A DNA stretch of 64,000 nucleotides, taken from positions 1 to 64,000 of IMG/VR virus record IMGVR_UViG_3300031221_000001. One strand, given 5' to 3'. The position numbers and the translations under genes are program-made. Below are positions 57,264-64,000 of this stretch, piece after piece. Position 1 is the stretch's first letter. Each line of letters starts with the position of its first letter. This DNA is from a virus. The notes below the pieces were generated by a model that worked only from the letters and a program-made list of their open reading frames with translations, had not been told where the DNA came from and ran no database searches.

Positions 57264-58161
57264 AAGGATATACAGACAAATAGGACACTCAAAGATTGTA
57301 GGAGTTGGAGAGGATAGTCCTGTAGTTGGTTTTGGATTTGCAATAATTCCAAACGACATGGACCGATCTACGTATATAAATCGATACTACAAGACAGGAC
57401 TGTGTATGATCGTCAGTACATACAATGAAGTAATTAAAGACGTGAGAGTGCCTCTACACTTACTTCAAGAAATACAGTTTCCACAACAATCAGGAGCGTA
57501 CGGATCATTAGTTTCTTGGAATTGCCAGCCTGTCACGAATCAGATTTCTTTAACAGGAATACATCAAGGACCAGGCAAAATTTTCCTTAAAAAAGAAAAC
57601 GTGTGGACCACTTCTAGAACGATTGCTGGAAAGGGACGAATATCGACTATAACAGACCTCAATACAAAGACTCATACAATCAACAGTCGAAACGACGAGA
57701 GTGTAGAAGGAGGAATCTCGCTGATATCGTCTAGTGAAGTAGGAAAGTCAAAGTTCAGTATATACAATAACGGATCTGCGATACTGGAGACAGATGACAA
57801 ATTAGATGTGGTTTGTGAAAATCAAATATCGATTAAAATAGGATCGGAAAAGCCTAGCCACTTAACTATTGATGGTGAAGGCAACTTATCATACACCGAT
57901 CAGCACGAAAATACGGTCCGGATTACACAAGAAGGAATATTGCAAGAAGCAAAGCTAATTCAGTTAGGCAAGGAGGCCGAGCAAGAAGCTATGCTTTCGG
58001 GAGAATGGAAGACTCTTCAAGAAAAGCTAATTCAAGCGATTCAATCATTGACCGTGCCAACAGCGCTAGGACCGTCAGGAACTCCAATCAATACGCAAGT
58101 GTTTAGTCAAATAGCACAAGAGCTAGATAAAGTGAAATCTAAAAAAGTCACCCTAGAATAA
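57253..58161 (+). CDS. baseplate spike (gpV/gp5-like)
   Basis: Beta-rich; C-terminal VPTALGPSGTPIN. Confidence 0.65.
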   Translation: MKTRRIYRQIGHSKIVGVGEDSPVVGFGFAIIPNDMDRSTYINRYYKTGLCMIVSTYNEVIKDVRVPLHLLQEIQFPQQSGAYGSLVSWNCQPVTNQISLTGIHQGPGKIFLKKENVWTTSRTIAGKGRISTITDLNTKTHTINSRNDESVEGGISLISSSEVGKSKFSIYNNGSAILETDDKLDVVCENQISIKIGSEKPSHLTIDGEGNLSYTDQHENTVRITQEGILQEAKLIQLGKEAEQEAMLSGEWKTLQEKLIQAIQSLTVPTALGPSGTPINTQVFSQIAQELDKVKSKKVTLE

Positions 58162-58622
58162 TGCTTAATCAAAAGATTCTTATACAAGAAATTCGTAAAA
58201 TTGCAGATCAAGAAAGTCCGCAATTCGAACGCTTTCCTAAAACTTCAATCGAAGTTGCTGAGAGATGGTCAAAGGCAATTGACGTATACGCAAAGGCAAT
58301 TGTACCACAATCAACGTCGTCAGCAAAGGCTAGGACAGAAATGATTGCTATAATGAGCACAATCTCTCCTACAGTAGACGGATTAACTATTCTCAGTCAA
58401 GCAATTACTACATACGCTATATCACTAGCGATAGGAATGGGACCTACTTTTGTAGCAGTGCCTCCTACAATTCCGTTAGCACTAGCTTCAGTAGCTCCTG
58501 TAGGTCTGTCAGGAGGATCGTCTGATCAATGCTGTACTCTACTTGGTGAAATTATTGACAAATGGTTCAGATTAGGGATAGCAGTAAATACATCAACGGG
58601 AGCGACTATCGTTTGGAATTAA
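58161..58622 (+). CDS. baseplate-region protein
   Basis: Coupled ORF. Confidence 0.55.
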   Translation: MLNQKILIQEIRKIADQESPQFERFPKTSIEVAERWSKAIDVYAKAIVPQSTSSAKARTEMIAIMSTISPTVDGLTILSQAITTYAISLAIGMGPTFVAVPPTIPLALASVAPVGLSGGSSDQCCTLLGEIIDKWFRLGIAVNTSTGATIVWN

Positions 58623-58648
58623 ATTAGGATATTTACTGCAAAAATAAT

Positions 58649-59062
58649 ATGAGTCAGAGAATTGTAATAGATCGGTACAGCCCTGAAGAGTCTCAGACAA
58701 TTGGAAAGTTCTACTTATTAGGTCAATCCGACAGTCTCTTGAAGGAGTGGGACTCTATGGAATTGCCATGGCTAAACAATCAACAATATATAAGTTGCGT
58801 TCCTATTGGAATTTACACTGCAATTAGACACTACTCACCAAAGTTTGGAGAATGTCTATGGATTCAAGACGTTCCTGGCAGATCTGAGATATTAGTGCAT
58901 TATGCTAACTATCACTATGACCTACTTGGATGTATTGGTATTGGTCAAGACCTAGCTTACATTGATCAAGATAAAGACATCGACATCACATCTTCTAGAA
59001 AATCAATGAGAGAGTTGATGGAATTAATAGAAGGAGACGCGATAGAGATTGAAATAAAATAA
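58649..59062 (+). CDS. DUF5675-family putative peptidoglycan hydrolase
   Basis: ELPW.NN...SC.P.G.Y, VPGRSEIL.H.AN...LLGCI..G. Confidence 0.8.
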   Translation: MSQRIVIDRYSPEESQTIGKFYLLGQSDSLLKEWDSMELPWLNNQQYISCVPIGIYTAIRHYSPKFGECLWIQDVPGRSEILVHYANYHYDLLGCIGIGQDLAYIDQDKDIDITSSRKSMRELMELIEGDAIEIEIK

Positions 59063-59065
59063 CGC

Positions 59066-59803
59066 ATGGCACTAGAATCAGCACAGCAAATTCAAAAATT
59101 CATAACAGACGCAGGAAAGGCGGGTGCAAACGCACTATTTCCTAATGACTTTGAATATTATGCAATTACGCTTGAATTGACAGATTCTAAAGGAACCACT
59201 GTAGACTACTTGACTTTTCCTGTCAATCCTGAGGGAATTGATTATAATGAAACTAGTTTAGTCAACATTAAAAAGACATTAGGTGGAGTAACTGCACTAG
59301 ATACATCAAGCTTCATTCCAAAAAAATACACAATTACAGGAACGTTTGGTAAAAAGTTTAGATTGCTACTAACAAAGCCTTCCACTAGTGAACTGTCTAC
59401 AGATAAAGGAGTGTACGATAAAATTCAAAGTGGATTAGAAATCAAAACATCTGTATTGAACGCAAAGCTCAAAACAGGGTACGGAACCACAAAGCTATTA
59501 GAGGCAATCATAACAAAGTCTAGCGGATTAGATCAGTACAATCGTCCAATGAGACTGTACTTATACAATCCTACTCTCAATCATAATTTTTTGGTTAAGA
59601 GTCAATCGATCATGTTACATCAAGACAAGCAGGCGTCGAATATGATGTGGAAGTACACACTAACGCTAACAGCAATTGCACCAATCGACAGATTGAAGGT
59701 CGATCAAGATGTAGACTCTTCTCTTTTGAACTCCTCATCAATTTCTGTGTTGAGTAAAGGAGCGAACATTTTAGCTAAGAACATCAAACAAAGCATTTTT
59801 TAA
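59066..59803 (+). CDS. baseplate / tube-initiator protein
   Basis: FPVNPE, KTLGG, ITGTFG. Confidence 0.65.
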   Translation: MALESAQQIQKFITDAGKAGANALFPNDFEYYAITLELTDSKGTTVDYLTFPVNPEGIDYNETSLVNIKKTLGGVTALDTSSFIPKKYTITGTFGKKFRLLLTKPSTSELSTDKGVYDKIQSGLEIKTSVLNAKLKTGYGTTKLLEAIITKSSGLDQYNRPMRLYLYNPTLNHNFLVKSQSIMLHQDKQASNMMWKYTLTLTAIAPIDRLKVDQDVDSSLLNSSSISVLSKGANILAKNIKQSIF

Positions 59804-60729
59804 TGGCACTTCCAAACGACATAGTCTCACAATTTCACAAATTGACTAGATATCCATTAGCTGAGTATCTAAATCAATTCGTCGACTTTATTGACGTTGA
59901 TAGAAACAATATTTTAGAATATTATTCGGGAAACGTTGACGTTCCTAATAAAACTAGTTTTGAAAAACTAAACAACTTACTCAAGCACAGCTCGCTAATT
60001 AATGATACGATAGAGAATTATAGAGACAGAATGAATAATGGAGCTTACTGGGAACTTGTTGAGCTTCTATCTAACATAGAAGTCTCTCTCTCAACAATTG
60101 AAAACAGCTCTAAGTGGTTACGATCTACAATTTCAAAAAACAACTTTACTCCACAAGTTGAGTTAAATTATGTACTAAAACAGTTAGAAACGTTAGAGGA
60201 TGCTTCTGTCAAGTCTGGATCCAATGACAAGGACAACGATTGGGTGACTATTGCATTAAGAAATGACCTAGAAGAAGAATTGTACACTCCAGACGGAGGG
60301 AATTCACTACTAATAGGATATCAAAACAAACTGACAGTAAGACTGCAATCAGTTGTTGATAATGTAGTAGGTGAAAAAGCATATGGACTAGACTTCAATA
60401 AAAAGCTGACCTTCAACCAAGAAGGACTTGAGGTGTTAGGCTATAAAGAAACGATGTCTCAGTCCGTCAATGTTCTAGCAAATTTGAGACAAGGAAACAC
60501 TCCAGAATTTCCGCAAGACGGGATTCAAAGTGAGTTAGTTGTTGGAAGCAACAGAGCAGCGATTGCATATCCAGTACTGTTTAGACAGTTTTATGCAACT
60601 TTTAGAAGAGATGATACGTTAAAAGCACTAAGGATAACCAATATAGAAAATACGCAAGAAGCACTTTTATTAGACTTCTCAGTAGAGACTAGATTGGGGG
60701 AAGAAATAGAACAAACAACGCAACTATGA
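59803..60729 (+). CDS. baseplate wedge protein (LysM-like plus gp25-like)
   Basis: ETLE...WVTIALRNDL, G..PEFP..G; precedes baseplate J. Confidence 0.6.
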   Translation: MALPNDIVSQFHKLTRYPLAEYLNQFVDFIDVDRNNILEYYSGNVDVPNKTSFEKLNNLLKHSSLINDTIENYRDRMNNGAYWELVELLSNIEVSLSTIENSSKWLRSTISKNNFTPQVELNYVLKQLETLEDASVKSGSNDKDNDWVTIALRNDLEEELYTPDGGNSLLIGYQNKLTVRLQSVVDNVVGEKAYGLDFNKKLTFNQEGLEVLGYKETMSQSVNVLANLRQGNTPEFPQDGIQSELVVGSNRAAIAYPVLFRQFYATFRRDDTLKALRITNIENTQEALLLDFSVETRLGEEIEQTTQL

Positions 60730-61913
60730 TAACTAGAATTTCGACAATAAACGAACTCAAACAGATATACGTTGAGATCTTATTAAACAAAACAGATAAG
60801 ATAACTAAAATATCTGACGAGAGCGTTAATAATGGCATTGCGTATGGTATTGCTAAGATAGGCCAGAAAGCAGCTAAGGACATAGCACTAGTTGAAAGCC
60901 ACTCCTTTCCGAACAGCGCTTTCGGGAAACACTTAGATCAAGTTGCAGAAAAGAATGGGATTGCGCCTAGATTTGGAGCAAGTCAGTCATCAACTTATTT
61001 AAGGGTAGTGGCTACTCCAGGAACTGAATATGTAGTAGACACTCACACATTCTTCGGAAGCGGAGAGACGTTTGAACTAATTGAAGATGTTACTGTCGGC
61101 ACTGAAGGATATGTGTACGCAAAAGTACGAAGCCAAGATGTGGGACTGAAAACTAATCTTGCAGCACTGACCATAAATACAGTAACTCCACAACCGACAG
61201 GACATTTATTTGTAACAAATGAATATGAAGCTACTGGAGGTAGAAATGTTGAAGGAGATGCGTTATTCAAATTAAGAATTAAGGACGGTGCAAACATTAG
61301 TGCTAGAGGAACCTTAGCGTATATCACTCAAGTATTTTTGAAATTCAACTCAAACATACTTAGCGTATATAGTTATGGGGTGAATGATCAAAATCAAACA
61401 GTACTTGCAATAGCAACGCAGAACGGAGTAGATCTCAATTCAGATGAATTGAGTCAATTATCTGTAGACGTAGCGCCGTATTTAAGTTTGACTGAATTTA
61501 ATTCAGTAACCAACAATAGTATAGGAGTAGAATTGAGAAATGTAGAGTATCAAGAAATAGACATTAGCTTTAGAACGGAGCTGATTCAATCAACCTCTGC
61601 AGACTCAATTAGAAAAGACCTACAAATTAGAATGAGCAAATATTTAGATATAAGAAACTGGAAGGCAGGACAGCAAGTTGAGTGGGATGCTCTGTTACAA
61701 ATAGTCAAAGAACATCCAAGCATAAAATATGTTGCAGATTCATTCTTTTCTCCAAGAAGAGATGTGTATGTTGAGCCAGGAAAGTTTCCTAGGGTTCGAG
61801 GATTTGTGATGCTCGATCTCGATGGTAAATTAATCAATGACAATCAAGGACTGCTAGATCCAATCTTCTATCCGAACGATATAGACTTTAGCTTTCAACA
61901 AACTATACTATAA
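60726..61913 (+). CDS. baseplate J-like protein
   Basis: A.GKHLD..A...GIAPR, VTN...ATGGRNVEGD..F.LRI. Confidence 0.88.
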   Translation: MITRISTINELKQIYVEILLNKTDKITKISDESVNNGIAYGIAKIGQKAAKDIALVESHSFPNSAFGKHLDQVAEKNGIAPRFGASQSSTYLRVVATPGTEYVVDTHTFFGSGETFELIEDVTVGTEGYVYAKVRSQDVGLKTNLAALTINTVTPQPTGHLFVTNEYEATGGRNVEGDALFKLRIKDGANISARGTLAYITQVFLKFNSNILSVYSYGVNDQNQTVLAIATQNGVDLNSDELSQLSVDVAPYLSLTEFNSVTNNSIGVELRNVEYQEIDISFRTELIQSTSADSIRKDLQIRMSKYLDIRNWKAGQQVEWDALLQIVKEHPSIKYVADSFFSPRRDVYVEPGKFPRVRGFVMLDLDGKLINDNQGLLDPIFYPNDIDFSFQQTIL

Positions 61914-64000
61914 TGAGTGGAGTCTCCGATTTAACCTCTGCAGGAAAGACTAAGACCATAGTATCTAATCCTAGTGGTCAGGTAAAGAACGCAACTACAT
62001 ACTACAAAGATTGTGGATTGCCTAATACACCTCCAATTTTAGAGGATATTAGAATTAGAATCGACAGCAATTCTACCCATCAGTTCACTACATCAGATTT
62101 TTTGGAAAAATATCAAGATGTAGAAGGCGACTTGCCGTTAAGTGTCGTTGTAACTAGAGTGCCTAATAAAGGAACCTTAAAGCTAAATCAAATTCCAGTA
62201 ATAAATGGTCAAAAGATTTCGTTTTCACAGATAGAGAGCTTGTCATTCACTCCTGCAGAAGGAGGTGGTGGAATTAAATACACTAACTGCAAAGTTCAAA
62301 TTAATGACGATGGGATTGCTCCGAATCCGTTTAGTGTGGTTTCTAAAATAACGTTTGACGTAATTATAAACGAACCACCATCAGTACAAGACAACAGCAT
62401 TTCAATCATAGACGATGAATCCTACACTTTTAAGGTCAACGACTTTCTTATAGGATTCGTTGATAGTCAAAATGATCAGCCATTACAGTTGCAGATACAG
62501 TCTCTTCCAGAACAAGGAATTCTCAGACTTGACGGACAAACGTTAACTGTAGGACAAATAATTGGAATCTCACAAGCACAGCTAATAAGATACATCCCAA
62601 CACAAAATTCATTCGGAACTCCAGTCACTAGCTTCTTATTTGCTGTTAGCGATGAAGGTTCTCAAGAGTTTAGTGAAAGTGCACAAATGTTCATTAACGT
62701 AAACGCCAGGCCACAGTTCAATGGGTCTGTGATTACATTAGAGTTCAATTCTTCGTTCAGATTCTCACAAGACTTTTTTAATCAAAGAACTGTAGATCCT
62801 GACGAAGATGGTTTGAGCGCAATAAAAATAATCAATCCGCCAGCAGTTGGTCAATTGACATTCAAAGGCGTTCAAGTTCAGCAGAATCAAGCAATACCAA
62901 TATCCTCACTAAGTCAATTCGAATTAAAGTACACTCCTATAATAGGACAGTCAGGATACGGATATACTACAATAATATTTCAAGTAAGAGATGCTGATAG
63001 TGAGAGTCCTGCTTGGAGTAACGCTAACACTACGACAGTTAATGTATTGGAAGAAGTCAATGAGCCACCTACAGTTTCTAATGGATTATCATTTACCATA
63101 GAGACCTCAACAGAATATTCATTTACGTGGGCACAGTTTGAGAATGAGTTTGTAGATCCTGAAGGCGATCCTATGCAAACGGTGAGAATAGAATCTCTTC
63201 CACAGATTGGATCTCTAATCTATCTAGGCAATCCAGTTGCGCAAGGAGATGAATTTACACAAGCACAAGTTGCAGATTTGAAATATCAATCGGCACTCGT
63301 AGCTCCTCTAACAGAAGCGTTTAGTTGGTCTGCAGAAGATAGTGTAGGTCAATTTAGCAACATAGGAACAGTGACAGCAACGATAGAGCAGCCAGTACAA
63401 CCTGCTCCAGACACGATAGCGTTAGAAATTGCTGTAGGAGGGTGTAGAGTTGTTGCAAATAATTGGACACCTGCATGGATTTTGGCAACCGACTTTGTAG
63501 AACTTAACACGATAGTGTATTCAGATGAGCTATTAACTCAAAGAGTAAATGGACAAAATCAAATTCACAGAATCAAGCAAATTCCGTTTGTAATTCCAAA
63601 AGAATTTGTAATCAACTCTCAAGGAGAAATTACTTTAGTCAGGAATTGTGGACTTCAAGTATCAGCAGCTTCAGTCGAAGTTGCGCCAGGTAATTGTACC
63701 GATTCGATTGGAGATCTGCAATTTACAGAGCTTTTTTATTCGTCAGGAGCTACTTTGGAAGAAGGAACGATTTTATACACAGAAGATTCGTTGACTACAA
63801 AATTCAATGGTGGTGGAAACGATTATAGATTTAAAAGTGTAAATGGATTGCTAATTGAGCAACTATTTACAATAGAAAGTAATGGAGAAATTGGTAGCGC
63901 AGATGCTTGCATCAATGCTCAAGGATATGACGGAGTGCTTTTAGTCAATGACTGTTCGACTAGTGGAGGACTAAATACCCTAGTTGATTTAACAGATACG
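61913..64000 (+). CDS. large Ig/cadherin-like repeat protein, truncated at the window end (not in the ORF track)
   Basis: Open frame from the ATG at 61913 with repeated N.PP...F...D..GD....I..LP..G.L units. Confidence 0.8.
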   Translation, partial: MSGVSDLTSAGKTKTIVSNPSGQVKNATTYYKDCGLPNTPPILEDIRIRIDSNSTHQFTTSDFLEKYQDVEGDLPLSVVVTRVPNKGTLKLNQIPVINGQKISFSQIESLSFTPAEGGGGIKYTNCKVQINDDGIAPNPFSVVSKITFDVIINEPPSVQDNSISIIDDESYTFKVNDFLIGFVDSQNDQPLQLQIQSLPEQGILRLDGQTLTVGQIIGISQAQLIRYIPTQNSFGTPVTSFLFAVSDEGSQEFSESAQMFINVNARPQFNGSVITLEFNSSFRFSQDFFNQRTVDPDEDGLSAIKIINPPAVGQLTFKGVQVQQNQAIPISSLSQFELKYTPIIGQSGYGYTTIIFQVRDADSESPAWSNANTTTVNVLEEVNEPPTVSNGLSFTIETSTEYSFTWAQFENEFVDPEGDPMQTVRIESLPQIGSLIYLGNPVAQGDEFTQAQVADLKYQSALVAPLTEAFSWSAEDSVGQFSNIGTVTATIEQPVQPAPDTIALEIAVGGCRVVANNWTPAWILATDFVELNTIVYSDELLTQRVNGQNQIHRIKQIPFVIPKEFVINSQGEITLVRNCGLQVSAASVEVAPGNCTDSIGDLQFTELFYSSGATLEEGTILYTEDSLTTKFNGGGNDYRFKSVNGLLIEQLFTIESNGEIGSADACINAQGYDGVLLVNDCSTSGGLNTLVDLTDT

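Noticed and set aside
362-61843. Minus-strand ORFs in the track (e.g. 8590-9120, 29182-29679, 37417-37800, 25945-26289)
   Set aside because: They are antisense shadows of well-supported + strand genes or RNAs, with no recognisable motifs.

Overview
64 kb segment of a large lytic myovirus, with all genes on the + strand. The host is very probably Bacteroidetes (Flavobacteriia-like): promoters are TTG-N20-TATCTTT(A/G), starts are A-rich without Shine-Dalgarno sites, and there is a PID-CTERM-like mini-protein. 1-17 kb holds early and nucleotide-metabolism genes (DUF2786, macrodomain, rIIA/rIIB, dNMP kinase, RNase H, UvrD-like helicase, class II RNR, phosphoesterase, ThyX). 17-26 kb is a hypervariable accessory region with an HDAC-like deacetylase and a GNAT-domain protein. 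25.9-26.9 kb is an RNA cluster (tmRNA, tRNA-Gln, several unexplained structured segments). 27-33.6 kb is a collagen fibre plus an AT-rich adhesin module. 36-64 kb is an SPO1/Twort-like head, neck, contractile-tail and baseplate module. Best candidate for a novel system: an integrase-less, integron-like cassette array at 17.5-18.8 kb. It has four TAAC...GTTA hairpin sites, each cassette's two ends are complementary to each other, the arm mismatches are almost all G.T wobbles on the sense strand, and three ORFs start inside the upstream hairpin and read through the predicted crossover. Also notable: a tmRNA with a predicted 37-aa tag, a family of putative capsid-cargo proteins sharing prohead-protease-type K-S/A/G sites, and a 7-9-7 palindrome built into the early promoters. 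All calls are by eye; no database searches were run.
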